This document shows positions 25,818 to 35,999 of a DNA stretch of 64,000 bases, in pieces (position 1 is the stretch's first letter; every line of letters begins with the position of its first letter). Source of the DNA: a virus (Duplodnaviria > Caudoviricetes); the IMG/VR virus record IMGVR_UViG_3300029305_011788, positions 8,227 to 72,226 of that record; one strand, written 5' to 3'. The notes beneath the pieces are model-generated. The model ran no database searches. It worked only from the letters and a program-made list of their open reading frames with translations, and had not been told where the DNA came from. The translations under genes and the position numbers were made by a program.

Positions 25818-28289
25818 TCACTTTTGTGTATCTCTCTGCGCTGCCCATGCGATGCCGGAAAGCACGAAGTATACGACCGGCTCTGAGACACCGTTGCCCC
25901 ACAGCTTGTACTCCGCTGAATCCGTGTACGGATCAGCCAGCCATTTTCTGATCTGCTTTTCCGTTTTCGGCTTGCCCTTGGGATTGGTGATTTGCCGCCA
26001 TGTTTCCCAGACCTCCGTCCAGAAAGCGATCTCCTCATCGGAAGGATCAGTAATTGCAAGGTCGGCACACCACCAGTCAGGGAATCCCTGTAATCGTGCA
26101 CATTCAACGGGAGTCAAGCGGCGTACAATATATACCGGCTCGTCATTCGGAAGGTCGTTTACAAGCGGAGGATCCTTCCTGTCGGAAGCGACAAGCGTGT
26201 TTGCTTGTTCATGCGCAGCGACCGTGTGGTGTGAATTCTTGCTTGTGCAGTAATGATCTGCGGGGGCTGCGACTGTTGCAGTTCCTCTTGCAACAGCCGT
26301 AACGGATACATCCTCCGAAACGGCGAAGTGATTGTCGCGGGAGATTGTGAAGGAGGGATCAGGCGCGGCTACGCAATGGCGATCTGCGGTATTCAACGTG
26401 AAACATACATCCTCGTTGATGCCATCACCCTGCGGACCGTTTTGATCGGCACGACCGATCATTGAGCCTTGCAGAGCGTAGGTCTCCGGCTCAGCTACCA
26501 CAACAGCCTGCTGATTATCCCCGGCATTTGCACGGAGCGTACCACTTTTGCCGTCACTATATACATGACCGCCGATGCGGGATGCCGCCCCCGGTTCGAG
26601 AGCGACCACCGCAACTCCTCCATGATTCGAGTCTGGCGATCCCTCGCCGGTATCAAGGCATCGTGAAATCTGCGTCGGGTAGCAATGCCCACGAGCGTTT
26701 TTCGTGCCGTCCGATGTGAAACGCACATCGAATGTTTCCGGCGCAGGTGCTACCACGCAGATGCCGCCCTGATTCGATGTGACCGAATTTCCGCCGCTTT
26801 GGTCGAGTGTCCTGCTTGTGGTCGCTTCATAGAAACCGCTGTGCGGATTGTCCGACATCATCGCATTGGAATGCTTGCTGCATACACCGAAGGCATGGAT
26901 ATCCGGCTGGAAGAGCGTCTGGTCATTATTCGTACCGAGCGTTGCTGACTTGTCGGTCTGCCAGAGAGCGCCCTTGCCTCCACCGCTGCACCCCGCCCTT
27001 ATCTTCAGCGTGACAGGTTCAGCGACAAGTGGCGTATTGTTTCCGCCTGTTCCGGCTCGTCCGCAGAGCGTCTGAAACACACCGTCGGGATTGATTTTCG
27101 CTCTTCCGTCCGTGGGATTATTCTCCACCACAAGCGGCTGATTGTTGCCGCCCATGCCGTAGGTAGCAGTCACAGGCTGGGCTACTTCCAGAGGTCCTCT
27201 GAATCGGCTGTCTTGCCCGTGATTTTCATAAAGTTCCATTGCCGCCGGAACGACACCGGCTCTCAGCGTCGGGGAGACTTCCTCCTCGTAACCGATGCTC
27301 CGAGCCTTTGCGCTGTGTTCGGTTGAGAATCCCGCCGCCTGCAGGACACCGTTTCTGCCGGTTGACATTCCGCAGTTCACACCGAGCGTTGCTGCGGTAT
27401 CATCTGTAACCGCAGCATTGTAGCCGTCAATGCCGACCGCATGAAGCACCGCCGGATGATTGCCGTGATCCTGTGCGACCAGAGCGAGCGCCTTGTCCTC
27501 GGTGATGCCGACACCGGAATTGCCCTGCGGATTCAGGCAGAGGGTTCCACCTCCAGCGTCAGACCGCCCGCCTGTCTCTCCAGCGCTTTCCGCAGCACCT
27601 CCGGCAGTTCCTTGCCACGAACGGAAGCCCTGCGGAGTATACCCAGACACGCCTTCGGACTTAAATAGTATTTCTCCGGCACTTCCGCCAGCAAAATCTG
27701 CGACAAGGTAGATTCTTGCTCTGCGCTGGGGGACACCCCAGTATTGAGCGTCGAAAACTCGGTAAGCCACGCTCCATCCGTTTCCCAGATATACGTCTGA
27801 TTTTGCCCATCTGTGATTCTCAGGCGCAGGCACCTCGATCCCTTTTTCTTTAACTCCGATAACTGCTTCGAGGACAGCTTTGAAATCGTCTCCTCCGTTG
27901 GAGGAGAAAGCGCCGGGGACGTTCTCCCAGACGCAGTATCGCGGGTATTGTCCATTTGTTGCATCCCTCATTTCTTTGATGATGCGAATCGCCTGAAAGA
28001 ACAGGTTCGACCGATCACCGTCATGGATTCCGGCACGCTTGCCCGCAATGGACAGGTCCTGACACGGGCTGCCGAAGGTGATGATATCCACCGGCGGAAG
28101 CTCCGCACCGTTCAGCGTAGATACATCGCCGTAGTGCTTCACCTGTGGAAGCCGTCTGTGCGTGACAAGTACCGGAAAAGGTTCAATTTCGCTGCTCCAC
28201 TTCGGCTCGATCCCTGCGAGGATGCCGCCAAGCGGAAAACCGCCGGAGCCGTCAAACAGGCTGCCGAGCGTCAGATGTTTTGTTTTCAT
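25818..28289 (-). CDS. C5 cytosine DNA methyltransferase with greatly expanded variable region
   Basis: SLFDGSGGF, FGSPCQD, WENVPG, QRRARI, RRLTPVECARLQGFPD, KLWGNGV. Confidence 0.92.
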   Translation of the reverse strand: MKTKHLTLGSLFDGSGGFPLGGILAGIEPKWSSEIEPFPVLVTHRRLPQVKHYGDVSTLNGAELPPVDIITFGSPCQDLSIAGKRAGIHDGDRSNLFFQAIRIIKEMRDATNGQYPRYCVWENVPGAFSSNGGDDFKAVLEAVIGVKEKGIEVPAPENHRWAKSDVYLGNGWSVAYRVFDAQYWGVPQRRARIYLVADFAGGSAGEILFKSEGVSGYTPQGFRSWQGTAGGAAESAGETGGRSDAGGGTLCLNPQGNSGVGITEDKALALVAQDHGNHPAVLHAVGIDGYNAAVTDDTAATLGVNCGMSTGRNGVLQAAGFSTEHSAKARSIGYEEEVSPTLRAGVVPAAMELYENHGQDSRFRGPLEVAQPVTATYGMGGNNQPLVVENNPTDGRAKINPDGVFQTLCGRAGTGGNNTPLVAEPVTLKIRAGCSGGGKGALWQTDKSATLGTNNDQTLFQPDIHAFGVCSKHSNAMMSDNPHSGFYEATTSRTLDQSGGNSVTSNQGGICVVAPAPETFDVRFTSDGTKNARGHCYPTQISRCLDTGEGSPDSNHGGVAVVALEPGAASRIGGHVYSDGKSGTLRANAGDNQQAVVVAEPETYALQGSMIGRADQNGPQGDGINEDVCFTLNTADRHCVAAPDPSFTISRDNHFAVSEDVSVTAVARGTATVAAPADHYCTSKNSHHTVAAHEQANTLVASDRKDPPLVNDLPNDEPVYIVRRLTPVECARLQGFPDWWCADLAITDPSDEEIAFWTEVWETWRQITNPKGKPKTEKQIRKWLADPYTDSAEYKLWGNGVSEPVVYFVLSGIAWAAQRDTQK

Positions 28290-28303
28290 TTATTCCTCCT
28301 GAC

Positions 28304-28948
28304 TCAGACGTACTCGATGCGCCTGTCAGATTTTTGAAGCACGATAAAATACGCATGATACTTGCGGCTGTGCTTCTGATTCCGCTTTTGCCAGTCAGCT
28401 ACCAGTCGGCTTTTCGCAAGCAGTACAAACAGGTCTTTCGGATAAAAGCCGATCTTCACCGCCTCGTTGATGATATACACATGGCTCAGATGCTGCCTGC
28501 CGCTGCTGACCTTGTCCTGACACTTGAAGATCAGGATGCCGTCCGGTTTCAGAACTCTGTATGCCTCGGAAAGCATATCCGAATAGCATCGGTGCAGGCT
28601 CTTTTCATCGGGATATACACCGAAACGCCTGTTGATAATGTTGCCATCAGTTCCGTTCAGCGATTTCCCTTTGGTCGCCAGAAACGGCGGATCGAGCATC
28701 ATGCACGAAATACTACTGTCCGCAAGCGGAAGATGCCTTGCATCCGCCTGTACCACATCGCTCCGCTGCGGAGATATGTCAAATCGGTACTGTGGCAGAG
28801 CGATGTCCGTTCCGTTGTAGAAAGTCCCTGTGCTGAAGGTCGGATCGCAATCGATCTTTCCCTCCGGCACATGGAGCTTTAGAATGTTACGGATGATCTC
28901 GCCCTGATCGTAGCCGATGCTTTTTACAAGGTCAGGCATCGGTCGCAT
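28304..28948 (-). CDS. Compact amino-methyltransferase (DPPF)
   Basis: DPTFSTG SAM-binding-like motif, QADARHLPL, LDPPF, RVLKPDG. Confidence 0.75.
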   Translation of the reverse strand: MRPMPDLVKSIGYDQGEIIRNILKLHVPEGKIDCDPTFSTGTFYNGTDIALPQYRFDISPQRSDVVQADARHLPLADSSISCMMLDPPFLATKGKSLNGTDGNIINRRFGVYPDEKSLHRCYSDMLSEAYRVLKPDGILIFKCQDKVSSGRQHLSHVYIINEAVKIGFYPKDLFVLLAKSRLVADWQKRNQKHSRKYHAYFIVLQKSDRRIEYV

Positions 28949-29138
28949 TCCTGCATATCACAAGGAAATCCTCTCTGATCTGTTCTCTGTAGGCTGCCGC
29001 CACCGCAGGAATCTCATGCGTATACACTGGTCTGCCGATAAAGCCGGAAAGGTAATCGTACAGATATTTCAGATCATCGCCTTTCAGCATCGAAATCTCT
29101 GTGTACGCGGTCACGACCGCACATTCATGCTTTGTCAT
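28932..29138 (-). CDS. Hypothetical protein
   Basis: MTKHECAVVTAYT..., overlaps both neighbours. Confidence 0.65.
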   Translation of the reverse strand: MTKHECAVVTAYTEISMLKGDDLKYLYDYLSGFIGRPVYTHEIPAVAAAYREQIREDFLVICRNATDA

Positions 29139-29904
29139 CCAGCGCCTCCCCAAGCATCTGCTTACAGGCTTTCGTGTAAAAATCCCTGCTGACTTCAAAG
29201 CCGTAGCTGTGTCTGCCAAGTTCCCTCGCAGCGCGGAGCGTTGAGCCGGAACCGGCGCAGGGATCGATGACCACATCACCCTCATCGGTGAAAATACCGA
29301 TCAGCCGCTTCAGCAGATTCACCGGCTTTTGGCTCGGATGTATCTTCGGGATATCCTTGCCGTCACGCACCCAATCGAAGTGGTCGAAGATCATGTGCCG
29401 TCTGCCGTTCGCATCGGTATTGCGGAACTTCGGAAGCTTGCCGCGATACAGTACAAGAGCATATTCGGTAGCACCCACGATCCTCATGTTTGCCTTCAGC
29501 ACCTGCGGACTGTAATTCTTCATGAAGCACAAAAACTGATACTTCTTGAAGCCGTATTTCTCCGCCTGCCGGATGACCTCCGGTATCTGCTGAAAGGCAC
29601 AGAACACGATCATACACGGAGCGTCCTTTTCACCTTTGGACGGCTCTTTTTTGAGCAGCCGGTTACAGAAAGCAAAGTATTCCGCAATGTTGAAGGTGTA
29701 GTCCGTGTGGAATGCCGCCTTGTGTGCTTTGCTGCTTTCGCCGTTCTGATTGTCACCGTCTACATACCAGTCGGGACGGCTGGCATAAAAATCGCCGCCG
29801 ATGTTATACGGGATGTCTGCGATGACAAGCTGCGCCTTCGGGATGTTGTAGCCTTTGAAGTTTTGGAAATTATCATGCAGTAAAACGCATTTCACATCAG
29901 CCAT
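29125..29904 (-). CDS. N4/N6 DNA methyltransferase (beta class)
   Basis: IADIPY, HPSQKPV, VIDPCAGSGST motifs. Confidence 0.88.
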   Translation of the reverse strand: MADVKCVLLHDNFQNFKGYNIPKAQLVIADIPYNIGGDFYASRPDWYVDGDNQNGESSKAHKAAFHTDYTFNIAEYFAFCNRLLKKEPSKGEKDAPCMIVFCAFQQIPEVIRQAEKYGFKKYQFLCFMKNYSPQVLKANMRIVGATEYALVLYRGKLPKFRNTDANGRRHMIFDHFDWVRDGKDIPKIHPSQKPVNLLKRLIGIFTDEGDVVIDPCAGSGSTLRAARELGRHSYGFEVSRDFYTKACKQMLGEALDDKA

Positions 29905-30700
29905 CGACACCCTCCAGTCTCTTTTTCAGTGCCTTGCGGAATTCCTTTGTGCCGAGCTGATTGCCGTCCGTCTGCCATTCCAGCTCAAAATCAAAACGCG
30001 CCTCCAGTTTCCGGACTGACCAGCCGGGCTTGAAGGTGCGCCATGTCGCATCGTCCCACTCTCTGAGTTGTTTCCAAAGGTCGGGGAAATCGTAGTAAAG
30101 AACACGCAGCTCGTTCAGCGGCTGCAGCGGGCAGCACCAACAGGATACCCGTCCGAATTTCTCATACAGACCGCCCCAGTCATAGCCGCGTTCCCTGCAG
30201 TATTGCAGGCAGTCAGCTTCGGTCATGCCCCACTCCACAAGCGGCAGCCGGACATTCGGTCGGCAGTTGCATTTGTGCGTAATGCGTTCCGTTTCATCGG
30301 CGGCGATGCCGATGTACTCGATCACCGTGTACTTCTTTCGCAGTTCGCTGAGGAATTTCTCGCGGGGTACTGTTTTCAGAAGATTGGTACACCACCGCAT
30401 CAGCGGTCCCGCCCAACTGTATCCGGTCTTGCCGCGCATTTCCGGCTTTTTCCGTTTGATTGGCTTATGGAGCATGAGATATTCAAAGGTATATTCGCTC
30501 TTGACAGTCGTAACCTTCATGCCGGTATCCTGCTCAACTTTGTGTACATGGTCATACAGTGCCGGGAATTCCAAACCGGTATCGCAGAACAGTACCACAT
30601 CGACCTGCATACCCATTTCGAGCATTTTCAGGAGCATTGCAGTGCTGTCTTTTCCACCGCTGAAGGAGACCATATGGAGCAGAGGTTTCATCTCATCCAT
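29897..30700 (-). CDS. PAPS-reductase-family (PP-loop) protein
   Basis: VSFSGGKDSTAM, FCDTGLEFP, RWCT..LKT, RVSCWCCP motifs. Confidence 0.85.
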   Translation of the reverse strand: MDEMKPLLHMVSFSGGKDSTAMLLKMLEMGMQVDVVLFCDTGLEFPALYDHVHKVEQDTGMKVTTVKSEYTFEYLMLHKPIKRKKPEMRGKTGYSWAGPLMRWCTNLLKTVPREKFLSELRKKYTVIEYIGIAADETERITHKCNCRPNVRLPLVEWGMTEADCLQYCRERGYDWGGLYEKFGRVSCWCCPLQPLNELRVLYYDFPDLWKQLREWDDATWRTFKPGWSVRKLEARFDFELEWQTDGNQLGTKEFRKALKKRLEGVDG

Positions 30701-31964
30701 TCGCGTCACCGTCCTGCGGCATCGCTGCGACCGCTTCATCGAAGGAGAGCTTCTGACCGCCACGGATAACATATGCGACCTCGGCAGTCTGCTTTTCGTG
30801 ACACCATGCGAGATACCGCTTGACGATGACATCCACAAATTTCGGATCAAGCTCAATGCCACGGCAGACACGGTCTGTCTCGCAGCAAGCGATCAGCGTG
30901 GAGCCGCTGCCGAGGAACGGATCGAGGACGATGCCGTTTGTCATGGTGCTGTTTTTGATCGGGTATGCCATCAGCGGGATCGGTTTTGTGGTCGGATGGT
31001 CGGGACTGCTCTTGGGCTTGTCGTATTCCCATACAGTCGTCTGCTTGCGGTCGGCGTACCACTGATGCTTGCCCTTCTGTTTCCAGCCGAACAGACACGG
31101 CTCGTGAATCCACTGGTACGGACTCCTGCCCAGCACCAGAGAATTCTTCTTCCAGATACAGCAGCCGGAAAGCTGGAATCCCGCCTCCTTGAATGCTCTG
31201 CGGAAGTTCAGCCCTTCGGTGTCGGCGTGCCATACATAGATGCTGCCGTCATCGGCAAGGTTGTCATACATACACTTATAAGCGGCAAGCAGGAAGTTAT
31301 AGAAATCGCTGTCACTCATGTTATCGTTCATAATCTTGCCGGCGGTCTCCTCAACGTCCACATTATAAGGGGGATCGGTCAGGACGAGGTTTGCCTTCTG
31401 ATCGTCCATCAGCTTTGTGTATGTCTCTGCGACTGTACTGTCGCCGCAGATGACTTTGTGCCTGCCGAGAATCCAGATGTCTCCCGGCTGTGAGAAGGTC
31501 GGCTTTTGCAGTTCTTCCTCCACATCGAAGCTGTCCTCTTTGACCTGCTTGTCGTGTACTTGATTGAAAAGCTGCTCGATCTCCGGCGGATCAAAGCCGG
31601 TCTTGCCGAGGTCGAAATCGCTGTTCTGGATATCTTCGAGCAGTTCTGCCAGAAGGCTCTCGTCCCATGCGCCGGTAATTTTGTTGAGCGCAATGTTCAG
31701 AGCCTTTTCACGCACCTTGTCGATGTCCACCACGGCGCAGGGTACCTCGGTGTATCCGAGCGCCATCGCTACGGTCAGTCTTTGGTGTCCGCCGATGATC
31801 GTCATATCGGCATTGACAACAAGCGGATCGGCAAAGCCGAATTCGTCGATGCTGTTTTTAATTTTCTCGTATTCCTTATCGCCGGGCTTCAGATTTTTAC
31901 GGGGGTTATATTCCGCAGGCTTCAGTTCCGAGACAGGGATCATACGAAGTTCTGCTGTTTTCAT
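30693..31964 (-). CDS. ParB-N-domain N6 DNA methyltransferase
   Basis: YNPRK..IIGGHQR ParB-like N-terminus; TDPPYNV, HPTTKP, DPFLGSGST. Confidence 0.92.
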   Translation of the reverse strand: MKTAELRMIPVSELKPAEYNPRKNLKPGDKEYEKIKNSIDEFGFADPLVVNADMTIIGGHQRLTVAMALGYTEVPCAVVDIDKVREKALNIALNKITGAWDESLLAELLEDIQNSDFDLGKTGFDPPEIEQLFNQVHDKQVKEDSFDVEEELQKPTFSQPGDIWILGRHKVICGDSTVAETYTKLMDDQKANLVLTDPPYNVDVEETAGKIMNDNMSDSDFYNFLLAAYKCMYDNLADDGSIYVWHADTEGLNFRRAFKEAGFQLSGCCIWKKNSLVLGRSPYQWIHEPCLFGWKQKGKHQWYADRKQTTVWEYDKPKSSPDHPTTKPIPLMAYPIKNSTMTNGIVLDPFLGSGSTLIACCETDRVCRGIELDPKFVDVIVKRYLAWCHEKQTAEVAYVIRGGQKLSFDEAVAAMPQDGDANG

Positions 31965-31965
31965 C

Positions 31966-32301
31966 TCATCCCTCCACATAGTACAATTGCCGCAGCTTTG
32001 CGGCTCGCTTTAAGTTCTGCTCCTTCAGTGCAGCCATCTCACGGAGCGCCTGTTCACTCAGGGGCTTGATCTTGTGCTTTTCCGCAAGCGTTCTGTATCT
32101 GCGGATATCTTTGCGGAGGTCTGCATCTGTCACGGATATGAGATACGCCTTGCCGCAGTAGTCGCAGCGGAAGAAGCTGTATTCAATCTCACCCTCACGC
32201 TGTGTCAGCGTTTCAGGGACAAAAGCACATCCGCACTTATCACACCGCACTGCATTTTTCAGCACGATGCGAGGTTTGTTCTTCTTTGTTTTCCGGCTCA
32301 T
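31966..32301 (-). CDS. Hypothetical zinc-finger-like protein
   Basis: CDKC and CDYC pairs. Confidence 0.65.
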   Translation of the reverse strand: MSRKTKKNKPRIVLKNAVRCDKCGCAFVPETLTQREGEIEYSFFRCDYCGKAYLISVTDADLRKDIRRYRTLAEKHKIKPLSEQALREMAALKEQNLKRAAKLRQLYYVEG

Positions 32302-32329
32302 ACGGCTCCTTTCCCGGTCATGATCTGCA

Positions 32330-32425
32330 CAAGGAATGTGCGTTATCTGCGCCCGATGTTCTGTACATTTAGCCGCTTGCTATTACCCCGATAACGTGGT
32401 AATATGGGTACAACGGAACGAGGGG
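32330..32425 (+). promoter_or_regulatory. Orphan inverted cassette promoter module P12
   Basis: TGCACA-N30-TGTACATTTAGCCGC-TTGCTA(32377)-17-TAATAT(32400)-GGGTACAACGGAA. Confidence 0.85.
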
Positions 32426-32461
32426 AAACCCCACCGAATACAGAACGCGGAGGACACAGCT

Positions 32462-32650
32462 ATGAAGTACGAGGTTACCATCAACAACTACCAGAAGGGC
32501 GCGCAGCTCAAGACCGCCATGCCGGATCATGTGCTCCTGCTCGAAAAGATCGACCGGAATCACCATCGGGTGGTCTACGAGCTGGAGAACGAACGCCAGC
32601 GGCAGTTCATCGAGAAGGTGTATGCCCGGAAGCTCCGCCCCCTCGACTGA
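32462..32650 (+). CDS. 62-aa orphan cassette protein
   Basis: MKYEVTINNYQKG...; GGAGG RBS, GC hairpin after stop. Confidence 0.75.
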   Translation: MKYEVTINNYQKGAQLKTAMPDHVLLLEKIDRNHHRVVYELENERQRQFIEKVYARKLRPLD

Positions 32651-33128
32651 GGGCGGGTTGCCCGACCGCCTCGCCGCCGCGCAAGCGGAGGATGCGCTGA
32701 TTCCGGCTGCCCCGGAAGGCAAGCGAGATGTCCTTCTGTTCCAGCAGGAACGGACCGTCTACAAGCACATCGACATAGCGGAGGATTTCCTCACCCCGAA
32801 GCATCTCGTAGGTGTATCCGGAGAACAACCAGATATCCTTCTCCGGCATCTCCCACCAGATCTTCTTCAGCAGCGGCAGCAGCACACACTCGTTCTCCTC
32901 CTCGCAGGGTTCGCCGCCGAGTATGGAAATGCCCTGAATCCAAGAAGGACGCAGGGCATTGATGATCTCTTTTTCGGTTTCGGAAGTGAACGGCTGACCG
33001 TAGTTGAAGTCCCATGTCTCCGGGTTATGACAACCCTTGCAGTGATTCCGGCATCCGCTGACGAACAGCGACACACGCACACCCTCGCCGTTGGCAATGT
33101 CATTCTTATTCAGACCGCAGTAGTTCAC
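32607..33128 (-). CDS. nrdG: Anaerobic ribonucleotide reductase activase
   Basis: GVRVSLFVSGCRNHCKGCHN radical-SAM motif, LGGEP, VLVDGPF, GSRNQR. Confidence 0.92.
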   Translation of the reverse strand: MNYCGLNKNDIANGEGVRVSLFVSGCRNHCKGCHNPETWDFNYGQPFTSETEKEIINALRPSWIQGISILGGEPCEEENECVLLPLLKKIWWEMPEKDIWLFSGYTYEMLRGEEILRYVDVLVDGPFLLEQKDISLAFRGSRNQRILRLRGGEAVGQPALSRGGGASGHTPSR

Positions 33129-35266
33129 AGGTGCATCACCCGATCCTTGATCTCTGCCGTCCTGCCTTGATTCCAGAATTGCGTGCCGAGGTAGCCGCAG
33201 GTACGGCGGCAGACATTCAGCGTCCGCTGATCGCGGTTGCCGCAGTTCGGACATTCCCAGATCAGCTTGCCGTCTACTTCCACGATCCCGATCTCGCCGT
33301 CATAGCCGCAAGCCTGACAATAGTCGGATTTGGTATTCAGTTCGGCGTACAGGATCGTTTCATAAATGTGCCGCATCAGCGCAAGCACCGCAGGAATGTT
33401 GTTTTGAAGGTTCGGCACTTCCACATACGAAATCGCGCCGCCGGGAGAAAGCTCCTGAAATTCGGACTCAAAGGTCAGCTTGCTGAAGGCATCAATCGGC
33501 TCGGTCACATGGACATGATAAGAATTAGTGATATAGCTTTTATCCGTCACATGGGGAATGATGCCGTGTCTGCGCTGAAGGCACTGTGCAAATTTGTAGG
33601 TGACGGATTCCATCGGTGTACCGTACAGCGAAAAGCTGATGTTTGTTTCGGAGCGCCACTTGCTGCACTTGTCATTTAGGAATCGCATCACCGAAATGGC
33701 GAAGGCTTTTCCCGCCGGTTCTGTATGCGAACAGCCTGTCATGCGGTAGGTCATTTCTGCGATACCGGCATAGCCGAGCGAGATCGTGCTGTAATTGTTA
33801 TACAGCAGGTCATCAATGACCTCGCCGTTCTTCAGTCTTGCCAGTGCGCCGTACTGCCAGAGGATCGGCGCAACATCGGACGGAGTTCCTTTCAATCGCT
33901 CATGCCTGCACATTAGCGCCTTGCGGCACAGTTCGCAGCGTTCATCAAGAAGCTGCCAGAACTTGTCAGTATCGCCGTCAGCGGAACACGCTACATCCAC
34001 AAGATTGATGGTAACGACACCCTGATTGAAGCGACCGTAATACTTGTGGTCAGCGGAAGGTGTCAGGAAAGATCGGCAGCCCATGCAGGCATACACATCG
34101 CCTTTGAGCTGTTTCATGATCTTGGCAGAGATATAATCGGGAACCATGCGCTTTGCCGTACACTTGGCGGCAAGTTCGGTGAGGTAGTAATACTTGGAGC
34201 CGGGCTGAATATTGTCCTCATCGAGAACATAGATCAGCTTCGGGAATGCCGGTGTGATCCACACGCCCTTCTCGTTTTTTACGCCCTCGATACGCTGCAA
34301 CAGCGTTTCCTCGATGATAAGCGCAAGGTCATCTCTGGTCTGTCCCTCCGGTACCTCGTCCAGATACATGAACACTGTCACAAACGGAGTCTGTCCGTTG
34401 GTGGTAAGCAGTGTATTGATCTGGTACTGGATGGTCTGTACGCCTCGCTTGACTTCCCGGCGCACACGCTTTTCAACGATATGGTCGAGTTCTTCCTCGG
34501 ACAGCTTTGCACCGCAGTCGCAGTTCACATCCTCGAACACCTCGGCTCGTATCTTCTGGCGGCTGACATCCACAAAAGGTGCGAGGTGCGCCAACGACAC
34601 TGTCTGTCCGCCGTACTGGTTCGATGCCACCTGTGCAATGATCTGCGTTGCGATGTTGCAGGCAGTCGAAAAGCTGTGCGGCTTCTCGATCATTGTACCG
34701 GATACCACAGTACCGTTCTGAAGCATATCTGCCAGATTCACCAGACAGCAATTGTGCATCGGCTCTGCGATGTAGTCGAGGTCATGCACATGAATGATGC
34801 CGTCATCATGGGCGGCGATCACATCCTCCGGAAACAGAAAGCGGCGGCAGATGTCTCTGCTGACTTCACCCGCCATATAGTCGCGGAGTGTGCTGTTGAT
34901 GATTGGATTCTTGTTGGAATTCTCCTGCTTGGCTTCCTCGTTGTTGCGCTCCAGCAAACTGAGGATTTTGCCGTCCGTCGTATTTATCCGACGCTGCTGC
35001 TCATGACGCAGACGGTACTCGCTGTAGTGGCGTGCAAGTTTGTACGCTTCGGCCTTGTCCAGTTCATCGAGGACCATGTCCTGGACTTCTTCGACATGGA
35101 CAGGTCTTGCAAGCGCCTCACACCGCTGCTCGACTCTGCCGACAATGAAGCCGATAGCCGTATCAGATATCTTCTCCGACACCTCATCATTTGCCGCTGA
35201 TATTGCGGCTCTTATCTTTTCGCAGTTATACGGCACTTCCGCACCGTTGCGTTTTATAATTCTCAT
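33125..35266 (-). CDS. nrdD: Anaerobic (class III) ribonucleotide reductase
   Basis: ATP cone, HNCCL, MGCRSFL, YGTPMES, CQACG/CPNCG zinc site, RRTCGYLG glycyl-radical motif. Confidence 0.95.
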   Translation of the reverse strand: MRIIKRNGAEVPYNCEKIRAAISAANDEVSEKISDTAIGFIVGRVEQRCEALARPVHVEEVQDMVLDELDKAEAYKLARHYSEYRLRHEQQRRINTTDGKILSLLERNNEEAKQENSNKNPIINSTLRDYMAGEVSRDICRRFLFPEDVIAAHDDGIIHVHDLDYIAEPMHNCCLVNLADMLQNGTVVSGTMIEKPHSFSTACNIATQIIAQVASNQYGGQTVSLAHLAPFVDVSRQKIRAEVFEDVNCDCGAKLSEEELDHIVEKRVRREVKRGVQTIQYQINTLLTTNGQTPFVTVFMYLDEVPEGQTRDDLALIIEETLLQRIEGVKNEKGVWITPAFPKLIYVLDEDNIQPGSKYYYLTELAAKCTAKRMVPDYISAKIMKQLKGDVYACMGCRSFLTPSADHKYYGRFNQGVVTINLVDVACSADGDTDKFWQLLDERCELCRKALMCRHERLKGTPSDVAPILWQYGALARLKNGEVIDDLLYNNYSTISLGYAGIAEMTYRMTGCSHTEPAGKAFAISVMRFLNDKCSKWRSETNISFSLYGTPMESVTYKFAQCLQRRHGIIPHVTDKSYITNSYHVHVTEPIDAFSKLTFESEFQELSPGGAISYVEVPNLQNNIPAVLALMRHIYETILYAELNTKSDYCQACGYDGEIGIVEVDGKLIWECPNCGNRDQRTLNVCRRTCGYLGTQFWNQGRTAEIKDRVMHL

Positions 35267-35748
35267 GCTGTATCCATCAGCTCCTTTTCGGACTCTGCCA
35301 GAAGTGTGGCACAGTCTTTTTCGTGATATCTCCGGCACTGCCGGTTCAGTATTTCATACACACATTCCTTTTCGGATTCCGTCAGGTCAATTGTATACAT
35401 ATCCTCATTGTCATCCGAATCCGAATTAACGACCACAAAGCTGATGCTGCTGTCAAGCTGGCACCGCTGATGGTCGCCGGGAAGTTTTGATATCCCGACA
35501 TAGAAATCATACCAGCCGTCATTGTCAACATCGTCTGTTCTGCTGTCTCGCGGATGCATCGGGAGGTAGCCTTTCTCCATACGGATTCTGTCAGCGACCT
35601 CAACAAGTGCATCCGTTGCCGCAAGCTGAAACTCGACAGTCGGAAAGCGGCAGGGATAGGTGTCATAGATCTGGTCGCTGCCGTACATGACCTCCGCACC
35701 GCTGTCAAGCTGAATGGCATCAGTGATGAACTTTTCAGTCAGCGTCAT
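35263..35748 (-). CDS. Acidic hypothetical protein
   Basis: 161 aa, ATGA overlaps on both sides. Confidence 0.7.
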   Translation of the reverse strand: MTLTEKFITDAIQLDSGAEVMYGSDQIYDTYPCRFPTVEFQLAATDALVEVADRIRMEKGYLPMHPRDSRTDDVDNDGWYDFYVGISKLPGDHQRCQLDSSISFVVVNSDSDDNEDMYTIDLTESEKECVYEILNRQCRRYHEKDCATLLAESEKELMDTA

Positions 35749-35999
35749 GACTTGCCCTCCTGCTTTCCGAGGTACTCAATGTAGCGGTTGATATACCAGA
35801 TCGCTTTGCGGAGGTCTTCGGAGGTCTTGCTCTTATCTTTCCGCCCTGCGCGGCAGATGTATTTTATCGCGTTCGCCAGATGGAACGGGAAGTTCCACGA
35901 TTCCAGAAAGTCGATGACCTCGATGCCGCCAGCAGTGTAATGTGACGGATGATTCACGGGATCGTTCTGCACCACAGACTGATTATTGTTTTCTGTCAT
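35745..35999 (-). CDS. DUF3310-like protein
   Basis: DPVNHPSHYT, GIEVID, NAIKYICRAGRK, EDLRKAIWY. Confidence 0.85.
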   Translation of the reverse strand: MTENNNQSVVQNDPVNHPSHYTAGGIEVIDFLESWNFPFHLANAIKYICRAGRKDKSKTSEDLRKAIWYINRYIEYLGKQEGKS

